From Anaeromyxobacteraceae bacterium (GTDB lineage Bacteria > Myxococcota > Myxococcia > Myxococcales > Anaeromyxobacteraceae), in contig JASGHJ010000002.1 of the NCBI GenBank assembly GCA_047602405.1, positions 1,312,001 through 1,376,000 of the forward strand: a DNA stretch of 64,000 nucleotides. Direction: 5' to 3'. The position numbers and the translations under genes are program-made. Of this stretch, positions 28,535 through 38,440 are shown in pieces (the first letter of the stretch is position 1; each line of letters opens with the position of its first letter). The notes beneath the pieces were generated by a model, which saw only the letters and a program-made list of their open reading frames with translations, was not told the DNA's origin and did not search any database.

Positions 28535-30076
28535 CTACTCCGCCGGCTTCTCGCCCGCGGGGGCCTCGGCCGCCGGGGCGGGCTCGCTCGCGGCGGGCGG
28601 CTCGGGGGCCGGCTCCGCGGCGGCGGGCGCCTCGGTCGCCTTCGACGGGTCCTCGAGCTTGGCGGCGAGGGCGGCGAAGGGGTTGTGGGTCAGGTTGCGG
28701 GGCTTCTCGGGCGGGCGGTGCGGGCCCTTGTCGCCCGGGAGCCGCGGGCCCTGGTAGCCGCGCTTCTTGTCGCCGAACCCGCCGGGGCCGCGCGGACCGC
28801 CGCGGTCGGGCGGGCCGCCGTGCGGGCGGCGCTCGGGGCGGGCCTCGGCGGCGGGCGCGCCACCCTCGGCGGGCTTCGCCACCGGGGCCGCGCCGGCCTC
28901 GCCGGCCGGGGCGGCCTTCTCGCCCTCGGCGCGCGGGGGCCTGGGCTCGCGCTTCGGCTTCGGCGGACGCTGCTCCTTCCGCTTCTGGGCGTTCTGGCCG
29001 CCACCGCCGCCGCCGTGCTGGCCGTCGCGGGGCACGTAGATGACCGGGGTCATCACCTCGGCGGGCGGGCCCTTCTTCTCGGCCTGCACCGTCGGCAGGG
29101 CGCCGCGCCAGATCGGCTGCTCGTAGACGTTGTCCGAGCTCGTCCAGCGGCGGTGGCCGCCCTCCTTGCCCATCAGGTTGAGCCAGGAGTTCACGCGGGA
29201 GTCGATCTCGTCGATCTCGTGCGTGAGGAGCGCCTCGAGCGTCATCGGCACCTTGGGCGAGCCGTACTCGAGCTTGCCGTGGTGGGCGAGGACGAGGTGG
29301 ACGAGCTGGTGCTCGAGCTCGCGCGGCACGCCGAGGCGGCGGGCGCGGTCGTGGATCCACTGCGCCGTCATGACGTGGTGGCCGACGAGGCGGCCCTCGT
29401 CGGAGTACTCGGGGCTCCGCTCCGAGCCGAGCTCGCGGATCTTGCCGAGGTCGTGGAAGAACGCGCCCGCCACGAGGAGGTCGCGGTCGACCTGCGGGTA
29501 CTGGTCGGCGAGGCGGTGCGCGAGCTTCAGGCACGCGACGGTGTGCTCGAGCAGGCCGCCCGGGTAGGCGTGGTGGACGGACTTCGCGGCCGGCCAGCGG
29601 CGCAGCCGGGCGGCGATGTCGTCGTCCTCGACGAACGACTGCACGAGCGCCTTCACGTGCGGGTCGACGATCGGCTCGACGAGCGCGAGGAGCTCCTTCC
29701 ACGGGCCGTCCTCGTGCTCGGCCGGGGCCGGCTTCTCGGGCTTCTTCACCTCGGGCGGCGGGACCCACACGAACTCGGCGGCGTCCACCGAGGCGGGGTC
29801 GGCGAGCTTCGCGATGGTCTCGATCCGCAGCTGCGGCTTGCCCTGGAACGTGCCGACGATGCCCTCCACCTCGACGAGGTCCTTCTCCTCGAAGAGGGCG
29901 GCGAGCTCCTCGACCTTCTCGAAGGCGCGCGCCTCGAGCTCGCCCGTCTTGTCCTGGAAGGTGGCCGCGAGGTACGTCTTGCCGCTCTTGGCGGTCTGGA
30001 TCGCCTTGCGAGCGACGAGGAAGACGCTCTTCGGGCGCTCTCCCTCCTTGACGTCCTTCACCCAGATCTTGTCCAT
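28535..30076 (-). CDS. YhaM-family 3'-5' exoribonuclease (OB fold plus HD) with disordered tail
   Basis: PAAKSVHHAY.GGLLEH, HDLGK, LVGH, HHG.LEYGSP. Confidence 0.9.
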   Translation of the reverse strand: MDKIWVKDVKEGERPKSVFLVARKAIQTAKSGKTYLAATFQDKTGELEARAFEKVEELAALFEEKDLVEVEGIVGTFQGKPQLRIETIAKLADPASVDAAEFVWVPPPEVKKPEKPAPAEHEDGPWKELLALVEPIVDPHVKALVQSFVEDDDIAARLRRWPAAKSVHHAYPGGLLEHTVACLKLAHRLADQYPQVDRDLLVAGAFFHDLGKIRELGSERSPEYSDEGRLVGHHVMTAQWIHDRARRLGVPRELEHQLVHLVLAHHGKLEYGSPKVPMTLEALLTHEIDEIDSRVNSWLNLMGKEGGHRRWTSSDNVYEQPIWRGALPTVQAEKKGPPAEVMTPVIYVPRDGQHGGGGGGQNAQKRKEQRPPKPKREPRPPRAEGEKAAPAGEAGAAPVAKPAEGGAPAAEARPERRPHGGPPDRGGPRGPGGFGDKKRGYQGPRLPGDKGPHRPPEKPRNLTHNPFAALAAKLEDPSKATEAPAAAEPAPEPPAASEPAPAAEAPAGEKPAE

Positions 30077-30150
30077 GGTCCGCGCAAGCTAGCTCAGGCC
30101 GGATGCGAGGACAACCTGAAGCGACGGGCCTTTCGCGCTAGGAACACGCC

Positions 30151-30783
30151 ATGGACATCGACCCCCGGACCGACGCCCTGATCGTCGTGGACGTGCAGCA
30201 CGACTTCCTCCCGGGTGGCGCCCTCGCCGTGCCCGACGGCGACGCGATCCTCCCCGGGCTGGCCCGGCTCGCGCCCCGGTTCGGGACCGTCGTCGCCACC
30301 CAGGACTGGCATCCGCTGGCGCACGTCTCCTTCGCGTCCAGCCACCCGGGCGCGGCGGCGTACGGGACGATCGCGCTCGCGCAGGGGCCCCAGGAGCTCT
30401 GGCCGGACCACTGCGTGCAGGGCACGCGCGGCGCCGAGCTCCACCCCGCCGTCCCGGAGGAGCCGGTGACGCTGAAGCTGCGCAAGGGCACCCGCCCCGA
30501 CGTCGACTCCTACAGCGCCTTCCGGGAGAACGTCGGGCCGGACGGCACCCGGCCGACGACGGGGCTGGGCGCGTGGCTCGCCGCCCGCGGCGTGCGCCGG
30601 GTGTTCGTGGCCGGGCTCGCGCGCGACTTCTGCGTCCGCGCGACCGCCGTGGACGCCGCCGCCGAGGGCTTCGAGACCCTGGTGATCGACGGCCTCACCC
30701 GCGCCGTCTTCCCGGACCGAAAGGCCGATATCGACGCCGCCTTCGCGCGCGCCGGGGTGCGCGTCATCGCACAGGTCGGGTAG
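30151..30783 (+). CDS. pncA: Nicotinamidase/pyrazinamidase
   Basis: DVQ.DF..GGAL, QDWHP..H, WPDHC, KG, GLA.DFCV. Confidence 0.93.
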   Translation: MDIDPRTDALIVVDVQHDFLPGGALAVPDGDAILPGLARLAPRFGTVVATQDWHPLAHVSFASSHPGAAAYGTIALAQGPQELWPDHCVQGTRGAELHPAVPEEPVTLKLRKGTRPDVDSYSAFRENVGPDGTRPTTGLGAWLAARGVRRVFVAGLARDFCVRATAVDAAAEGFETLVIDGLTRAVFPDRKADIDAAFARAGVRVIAQVG

Positions 30784-30827
30784 GCCCGGTTCTTGACCCT
30801 TCCGGGCTGCGGCGCTTCACTCGCGGG

Positions 30828-32552
30828 GTGAGCCAGGTCCCGCCTCCGCACCGCACCGCCGCAGGGGTGCCCGCCCCGGGCGCCGTCGCAGGCCCCCGCC
30901 CCGACGCGACCACGGGGCTCTCGCCCGCGCACACCGAGGAGGGCCGCGCGGCGGGCGCGTTCGTGGCCGCGCTCGGCAAGGCCGCGCGCGCGTTCACGCT
31001 CTACGACGCGAACAACAGCCTCGTCCGGCAGTTCATCGGCGACTACAAAGCGCGGGCCGAGGAGGCCACCGCCCAGGGCGCGCTGCCGCTCGACGTGCTC
31101 CCCTTCGACCTCGCGCGGTCGGGCGAGAGCGTCTACCACGAGGACGATCGCGAGAAGTCGCTCGCGTTCAGGCTGTTCCGCGACGGCGTGCGGCGGTTGA
31201 CCTTCGCGCCGGGCGTGCCGTTCGAGGAGCTCCTCCGGCTCCTGCAGATCCTCGCGGTCCGCTTCAGCGGCGTGCGCCAGGCCGAGGAGGACGTGGTCAC
31301 GCTGCTCCGCAAGGCGGAGTTCAAGGCCATCACGCTCGTCGCGGTCGAGGGCTACGTGCCCGACGAGGACCTGCCCGAGGCCGACGCGGCCGCCGCGCGC
31401 GGCGACGCGGGCGTGCACCCGCCGGCCGGCTTCGACCGCCCGTTCCCGAAGCTCCCCGCGCCCGGGGCGCCCGAGTGGAAGCCGGTGCCCGAGGCGGCCC
31501 TGTCCGCGCTGCGGGCCGAGGAGGTCGAGGCGATGCTCGCGCCGAACGCGCTCCGGCTCGCGAGGGAGCTCCTCGCGCTCGGGGCGCGCGGCGCGCTCGA
31601 CGCCGGGGAGGTGGGGGCGTTCCTCTCCGAGCTCAGGAACTTCCTCGTCGCGGACGCCCAGCTCGAGCCGCTCGCGATGCTCGCCGAGCTCGCGACCGCC
31701 CAGCCGGCGGGCAAGCTGCGCGACGCGGTGCTGCGCGGGCTCGCCGATCCGCGGCTCGTGGACGCCGTGCTCGCCGCCATCCCGCCCGGCGCGGCCCAGC
31801 TGCCGCCCGAGGCGGTGAAGCTCCTGCCGTTCGTCCCGGGCGGCGCGGTGCTGGACCGGCTCGCCGACGAGCGGGACGCCGACCGCCGCCGGGTCCTGGT
31901 GCGGCTCGCCTCCGCGCGCCTGCCCGCCGACGCCGACGCGGTGGTCGCCCGCTTGCCCGGGCTCACCCCCGAGGCCGCCCGCGAGCTGTGGGCGGCGGTC
32001 CGGCAGCGGGCCCCGGCCCGCGCCGACGACGCCTCGGTGGCGCTCCTCGAGCACGCCGACCCGGACGTGCGCGCCGAGTCGCTCCTCGCGCTCGCCCACG
32101 CCGAGCGGCGCGTGCCGGCCGCCTCGCTCCTGAAGCTGCTCTCCGCCCCGCAGGAGAAGCTGCGGATCGCCGCGGCGGTCGCGCTCGAGCACCACGGCGA
32201 CGCCGCGGCGGCGCGCGCGGTGGCCGCCGCGCTCACCGAGAAGAAGGGGCTCTCGAACGCGGAGGCCGAGGCGCTCGGCCGGACGCTCGCGAAGCTGCAC
32301 CCGGGGGTGGCCGTCCGGCTCTTCGAGGAGTGGCTGGAGGAGAAGAAGGGGCTCCTGTCCGCGCTGAAGGGCGGCCTCGGGCGCGAGTCGGACCCGCTGC
32401 GCTGGGCCGCGGTGGCCGGGTTCGGGGTCATGCCGGGCGAGGAGGCCGAGGTCCGCATCCAGGCGGTCGCGCTCAAGGCCGGCCCGGAGCTCAAGCGGCA
32501 CTGCGCGGCGACGCTCGCGCGGCGCAGGGCGGAGGGCCGCAGGAATGGATGA
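30828..32552 (+). CDS. HEAT-repeat protein
   Basis: LY..N..L / LAFRLFRDGVRRLTF..G N-terminal domain, then helical repeats; start uncertain. Confidence 0.75.
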   Translation: MSQVPPPHRTAAGVPAPGAVAGPRPDATTGLSPAHTEEGRAAGAFVAALGKAARAFTLYDANNSLVRQFIGDYKARAEEATAQGALPLDVLPFDLARSGESVYHEDDREKSLAFRLFRDGVRRLTFAPGVPFEELLRLLQILAVRFSGVRQAEEDVVTLLRKAEFKAITLVAVEGYVPDEDLPEADAAAARGDAGVHPPAGFDRPFPKLPAPGAPEWKPVPEAALSALRAEEVEAMLAPNALRLARELLALGARGALDAGEVGAFLSELRNFLVADAQLEPLAMLAELATAQPAGKLRDAVLRGLADPRLVDAVLAAIPPGAAQLPPEAVKLLPFVPGGAVLDRLADERDADRRRVLVRLASARLPADADAVVARLPGLTPEAARELWAAVRQRAPARADDASVALLEHADPDVRAESLLALAHAERRVPAASLLKLLSAPQEKLRIAAAVALEHHGDAAAARAVAAALTEKKGLSNAEAEALGRTLAKLHPGVAVRLFEEWLEEKKGLLSALKGGLGRESDPLRWAAVAGFGVMPGEEAEVRIQAVALKAGPELKRHCAATLARRRAEGRRNG

Positions 32553-33888
32553 GCTGGCGAGGGCACAGGCGGACCTCGGGCGCGCGATCGGCCGCGCCCG
32601 CTCCGGTGAGGACCGGGAGCTCGCGAACCAGGTGCGCGAGCGGGGCGAGCAGGTCGCGACCCTGCTCTCCGGCCTCCTCAAGCTGAACCGCGTCCACGCC
32701 GCCGACAACCACGCCTTCGACGCGCCGGTGGCCGAGCTCGTCCGGGCGCTCGCGGCGCTCGACGACCTCATCGGCGTCGTCCACCTCGTGACCGTCGAGG
32801 ACCAGGTCTACGTCAACGACGTCCGGGTCCGCACCGACGGACGGAGCGGCGCGAAGGAGCTCGGGGCCGAGCTGCGCAAGCACAACGTCGGCGGGGTCTC
32901 GTTCCACCGGCCGCTCTCCGACGCCCAGATCCGCAAGCTGGTCTCGGCGTTCGCGGCCGAGCCCAACCCCTCGTCCCCGCGCGCGGCGCTCACCCAGCGG
33001 ATCGTGCGGGAGGGGCTCGCGGTGGTGGAGCTCCAGGGCATCTTCCGCTTCAAGACCCAGCTCGACGAGGGCGAGCGCGACCGCGCGCCCGACCTCGTGG
33101 CGGCGCGGCTGCTCGCGCTCGTCGCGGACGCCTTCGAGGCGGTCGGATTGGGGCGCGCGCTCAACCCGCTGCCGCTCCGGCGGGCGGTGCTGCAGGCCGT
33201 GGAGATCGGCTTCGCGGTCCCGGCGTTCTGGGCGCCCTTCAGCGACCACGCGCCCCACGCGGCGCACGCCGCGGAGGTGGCCTTCGTCGCGCTCGTGACC
33301 GGGCGCGCGGCGGGCTTCCCGGTGGCGTTCCTGCAGGACCTCGGGATCGCCGCGCTCGTCCACGACGCGGGCTACCTCGCGCCCGGGATGGGCGACGACC
33401 TTGCGTCGCTGCACCGCCACGGTGTCGAGGGGGCGCGGGTGCTGCTCCGTCAGCGCGGGTTCCACGAGGCGAAGGTCCGCCGGCTCCGGGCGATCCTCGA
33501 GCACCACCGGGACTTCGCCGGCCCGGCCGGCCCCCCCTCGGCGGCGGGCGCCATCCTGCGGCTCGCCGAGGACTACGTGAACGCCGTGCGGCTCTACGGG
33601 GCGAAGGTGACCCGCGGGCAGGCGCTCTCGGCGGTGGCGCGCGCGGCCGGGACCCTCTACCACCCGGCGCTCGCGCAGGTGATGGTCAACACGCTCGGGA
33701 TGCACCCCCCGGGCACGCTCCTCGAGCTGGGGGACGGGCGCGTCGTCCGCGTCGCGTACCCGCCCGCCTCGCGCGAGCGCTTCGCGCGCCCGGCGGTGCA
33801 GCACACCCAGCCCGGCACCCGCCTGCCGGCGGGGCCGGTGTTCGACCTCGAGCCCGGCGATCAGGTCCGCCGCGCGCTCCCGGGGTAG
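32545..33888 (+). CDS. HD-GYP-like domain protein (degenerate)
   Basis: AALVHDAG, H...GA..L, EHH and GMHPPGT; no GYP motif. Confidence 0.75.
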   Translation: MDELARAQADLGRAIGRARSGEDRELANQVRERGEQVATLLSGLLKLNRVHAADNHAFDAPVAELVRALAALDDLIGVVHLVTVEDQVYVNDVRVRTDGRSGAKELGAELRKHNVGGVSFHRPLSDAQIRKLVSAFAAEPNPSSPRAALTQRIVREGLAVVELQGIFRFKTQLDEGERDRAPDLVAARLLALVADAFEAVGLGRALNPLPLRRAVLQAVEIGFAVPAFWAPFSDHAPHAAHAAEVAFVALVTGRAAGFPVAFLQDLGIAALVHDAGYLAPGMGDDLASLHRHGVEGARVLLRQRGFHEAKVRRLRAILEHHRDFAGPAGPPSAAGAILRLAEDYVNAVRLYGAKVTRGQALSAVARAAGTLYHPALAQVMVNTLGMHPPGTLLELGDGRVVRVAYPPASRERFARPAVQHTQPGTRLPAGPVFDLEPGDQVRRALPG

Positions 33889-34055
33889 GGCGGACGGATC
33901 GCGAGCGATCCGCGCCGGCGTCCGGGCGCACCCGAACGCGAGATGCGAGGGCTGCTGCCGTGAGGCTAGCCTGTCCGAGGATCCCCGGCGCGCGCCCAGG
34001 GCCCGCGAGGAGTGACGGCGACGCGCCGGGCGCCCCCGAGGAAGGGAGCCTCACC

Positions 34056-34451
34056 ATGACGCTGGTCGCGGAGGCGATGCGCCGGGCGTTCACCACCGTG
34101 TCGGCGGACGCCACCGTGGCGGAGGCGAGCCGGCTCGCGGCGCGCGAGGGTGCCGAGCACCTGCTCGTGGTCGAGGCCGACAACCTCGTCGGCATGGTCT
34201 GCTGCACGTGCGATCTCTCGGACGCGCCCGCGGACGAGGCGGTCGCGGATCGGATGACGGTGCCGGTGTTCACCGTCCGTCCGGACGCCTCCCTGGAGGA
34301 GGCGGCGCTCACGATGCGTGACTGCCGGGTCGGGTGCCTGCCGGTCGCGGCCGGCGGGCTCCTGCTCGGCGTGCTCACCGCGGACGACGTCGCGGGCGTG
34401 GCGGTCGCGCCGCCGCGCCCCCGCGCCTGCCACCACCACCGGCGTTCCTGA
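34056..34451 (+). CDS. CBS domain protein
   Basis: Tandem CBS pair (GCLPV...LLGVLT..D); RBS GGAG. Confidence 0.85.
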   Translation: MTLVAEAMRRAFTTVSADATVAEASRLAAREGAEHLLVVEADNLVGMVCCTCDLSDAPADEAVADRMTVPVFTVRPDASLEEAALTMRDCRVGCLPVAAGGLLLGVLTADDVAGVAVAPPRPRACHHHRRS

Positions 34452-34454
34452 TCG

Positions 34455-34470
34455 GGGCGCGGCCCTTGCT
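34455..34470 (+). promoter_or_regulatory. Putative sigma-54 promoter
   Basis: GGGCGCGGCCCTTGCT, GG-N10-GC spacing, upstream of the second CBS gene. Confidence 0.45.
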
Positions 34471-34508
34471 TTCCCTCCGGTGCAAGGGCCCGGGGGAGGG
34501 GCTGCTCG

Positions 34509-34976
34509 ATGCGCAGGCAGGACGGGGAGGCCGGGGTTCCGTGTCGCGGGGTCACCGCGGCCGTGCGTCGCTACATGACCGCCTCACCCGTGGTCATCGC
34601 GCCCGGCGCGTCGCTCGCCGAGGCGCACGACGTCATGCGATCCCGTCGCATCCGGCACCTGCCCGTGGTGCGCGACGGCGCGCTGGTCGGCGTCGTCTCG
34701 CAGCGCGACGTCTACCTCGTGGAGACGCTCCGCGGCGTCGATCCGGCCGTCGCGTGCGTCGAGGAGGCCATGTCGCCCGACCCGTACGCCGTCTCGCCCG
34801 AGGCGCCGCTCCACGAGGTGGCCCTCGAGATGGCACGCCGTCGCATCGGCTCGGCGATCGTCGTGAGCCGGGGCGCGGTCGTCGGCCTCTTCACGACGGT
34901 GGACGCGCTGGGGGCCCTCGGGGCACTCGCCCGGGGGAGGCTCCCGGGCGGGAGGGCGGAGGGGGCCAGACGATGA
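34509..34976 (+). CDS. CBS domain protein
   Basis: IRHLPVV...LVGVVSQRD; GLFTTVDAL. Confidence 0.88.
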   Translation: MRRQDGEAGVPCRGVTAAVRRYMTASPVVIAPGASLAEAHDVMRSRRIRHLPVVRDGALVGVVSQRDVYLVETLRGVDPAVACVEEAMSPDPYAVSPEAPLHEVALEMARRRIGSAIVVSRGAVVGLFTTVDALGALGALARGRLPGGRAEGARR

Positions 34977-35089
34977 GGCGAATTGACGCAACTGCTGCAT
35001 CGCGTCGCCCGGAGAGCGCAACTTCCGCGCCCGAAGCGCTCAAAACATCAGTTTCGGCGGACGGCATGAGCCGTGAATCAATGGAGGGC

Positions 35090-35398
35090 ATGGGTCGGAT
35101 CGAGGCAGATGCCCGCGAGGCGCTGCTGCGGAGGCGGCGCTCGCTCAGCCAGGCCGCGATGCCCGCGCACGCCCACGATCCGGAGTCCCGGTGGCTCGAC
35201 TGGGAGGGCCACCCGGCCCCCCCGACCGAGGGCATCCGCCGCGAGCTCGTCGAGATCGAGGCGGCCCTCGCCCGCATCAAGGACGGCCGCTACGGCGTCT
35301 GCCTCGCCTGCGGTGGCCCGATGGGCCTGCAGCGCCTCCGGGCCATCCCCGAGGCGCGCTACTGCCTCGCGTGCAGCGGCCACGGGCCGAACGAGTGA
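35090..35398 (+). CDS. TraR/DksA C4-type zinc finger protein
   Basis: ALARI..G.YG.C..CG..M...RL.A.PEA..C..C; GGAGG RBS. Confidence 0.85.
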   Translation: MGRIEADAREALLRRRRSLSQAAMPAHAHDPESRWLDWEGHPAPPTEGIRRELVEIEAALARIKDGRYGVCLACGGPMGLQRLRAIPEARYCLACSGHGPNE

Positions 35399-36066
35399 CC
35401 CCCGCGACGTCGGCGGCGCCGGTCCTCGCCTACGTCCTCGGCGAGGCGCTCTACCTCAACCTGACGAGCGCGTGCACGCTCCGCTGCACGTTCTGCCCGA
35501 AGATCCGCGACGGTGACTTCACCGTGGGTGGCTACGACCTGCGCCTCGACGCCGCGCCCGGCGCCGACGAGGTGTGGGCGGCGGCCTGCGCCGCAGGGCT
35601 GCGTGGCCGCGCGGAGGTGGTGTTCACCGGCTTCGGCGAGCCCACCCGGCGGCTCGAGGTGCTCCTCGAGCTCGTCCGGCGCCTCAAGGCCGCCGGCGTG
35701 CCGCGCGTGCGGCTCGACACCGACGGGCTCGCGAGCCTGCGCGAGGGCGAGGACGTGGTGCCGCGCCTCGCGGCGGCGGGGCTGGACGCGGTGTCGGTCT
35801 CGCTCAACGCGCCCGACGCGACGACCTACGCGCGGCTCTGTCCGAGCGCCCACGGCGAGGCGGCCTGGGACGCGGTCCGGGCGTTCATCCGGAGCGCGGT
35901 CGGGCGCATCCCGGACGTGGCGGCGAGCGCGGTCGCGCACCCGGACGTCCCGGAGGCGGCCTGCCGGCGCGAGGCGGAGGCGCTCGGGGCCCGGTTCCGT
36001 TGGCGCCCCTACGACAGGGTCGGTCGGGACGACGCCTCGAGCCCGGTGCCCCCGTCGCAGCGCTGA
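35395..36066 (+). CDS. TatD-associated radical SAM protein
   Basis: LYLNLT..CTLRCTFC, EVVF.G.GEPT, SVSLNA; GTG overlaps the upstream stop. Confidence 0.85.
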   Translation: MTPATSAAPVLAYVLGEALYLNLTSACTLRCTFCPKIRDGDFTVGGYDLRLDAAPGADEVWAAACAAGLRGRAEVVFTGFGEPTRRLEVLLELVRRLKAAGVPRVRLDTDGLASLREGEDVVPRLAAAGLDAVSVSLNAPDATTYARLCPSAHGEAAWDAVRAFIRSAVGRIPDVAASAVAHPDVPEAACRREAEALGARFRWRPYDRVGRDDASSPVPPSQR

Positions 36067-36227
36067 CCCGTGGTGCGCCCCCGGCGGGGCGGCGTGGCGC
36101 CTTTTCCGGCGTGCATCCGGGGGCTTCCGGGACTATTCGAGTGGACGGGCCTCGGGGATCTGGTGCATAACGTGCGCGGCCCGCATCCTTTGCAGTCCGC
36201 CGCCTTCGCGCGAGCAGGAGAACCGTC

Positions 36228-37652
<1,425 letters not shown>

Positions 37653-37674
37653 TTCCCTCTCCGTCGTCTCTGTC

Positions 37675-37950
37675 CCGTTGGCATGCGTGACCGTGGGGGC
37701 GAAACGCGCCTCCGCGACGGCGCTTGCTCGGACGGGTTTGAGACGGAGCAGATCGCCGGAACCGTTGCCGTTCCAGGGCGGTGATCGGCGGCAGCAGGCC
37801 TGCGGTTGAGTTGCGCGTGACGGCACGGCGCGCTTCGCGCGCCATGCCGCCACACGCCCACATCCCTTGGCCTGCAATGCTGCGATGTGGAGACGGAACC
37901 TCGCCCGTCGCTCGCTGCGCGCCGCTGCGGAGGCGCGTTTCGCCCTTGGG
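37675..37950 (-). ncRNA. Putative ~250-nt structured ncRNA, copy A
   Basis: Perfect 19-bp closing stem 37697-37715/37927-37945; internal hairpin whose three C-A mismatches become G-U on the minus strand; homologous to copy B. Confidence 0.6.
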
Positions 37951-38096
37951 CCGAGCGGACCAAGGTCGGCCGATACTGCTGGGGTGCAAGTGCGGAACTA
38001 ACGTTGAAGAAGATGAGGCGAACGCGAACGCCCACGCCAAATCGTCAGTCGTTCACCAGGAACCCGGCAGTTTCGGACGCACCATCGTGCTCCACG

Positions 38097-38371
38097 CCCG
38101 AGAGCCAAACGGGCCTCCGCAGCAGCGCGCAGCGAGCGACGGGCGAGGTCCCGTCACCACATCTCGCATTGCAGGCCAAGGAACCATCGCGCGGGGACGG
38201 CGCCGTGCGCTCGAGCGCACGACGCCGTCACGCGCACATGGTCCGCAGGCCTGCTGCGCGATCACCGCCGTGGAACAGCAACGGTTCCGGCGATCTGTTC
38301 CGTCTCAAACCCGTCCGAGCAAGCGCTGTCGCGGAGGCCCGTTTGGCTCCCACGGACACGTATGCCGACAG
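38097..38371 (+). ncRNA. Putative ~250-nt structured ncRNA, copy B (inverted relative to A)
   Basis: Perfect 19-bp closing stem 38102-38120/38331-38349 with compensatory changes relative to copy A. Confidence 0.6.
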
Positions 38372-38408
38372 CAGGAGGCCCGTTTGGCTCCCACGGACAC
38401 GTCTGCCG
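38333..38408 (+). repeat. 35-bp tandem direct repeat (41-nt period)
   Basis: GGAGGCCCGTTTGGCTCCCACGGACACGT(A/C)TGCCG at 38333-38367 and 38374-38408. Confidence 0.9.
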
Positions 38409-38440
38409 GCTGAGGGCGCCCTGGATGGATGGATGGGGGC

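Noticed and set aside
28535..28545. Third copy of the divIVA-end repeat
   Set aside because: Only ~10 nt match from a shared AE-stop ending; coincidental.
36177..36194. Sigma-54 promoter before the NtrC gene
   Set aside because: GG to GC spacing is 12 nt, not 10.
37675..38371. Known RNAs (Pxr, 6S, SRP, RNase P, tmRNA, cobalamin riboswitch) or coding ORFs
   Set aside because: No diagnostic motifs recognised and the size exceeds Pxr. The ORFs here simply mirror each other through the inverted repeat. A formal Rfam search is still needed.
38333..38408. CRISPR array
   Set aside because: Only two 35-nt repeats separated by 6 nt, and no cas genes. No CRISPR array was seen anywhere in the window.
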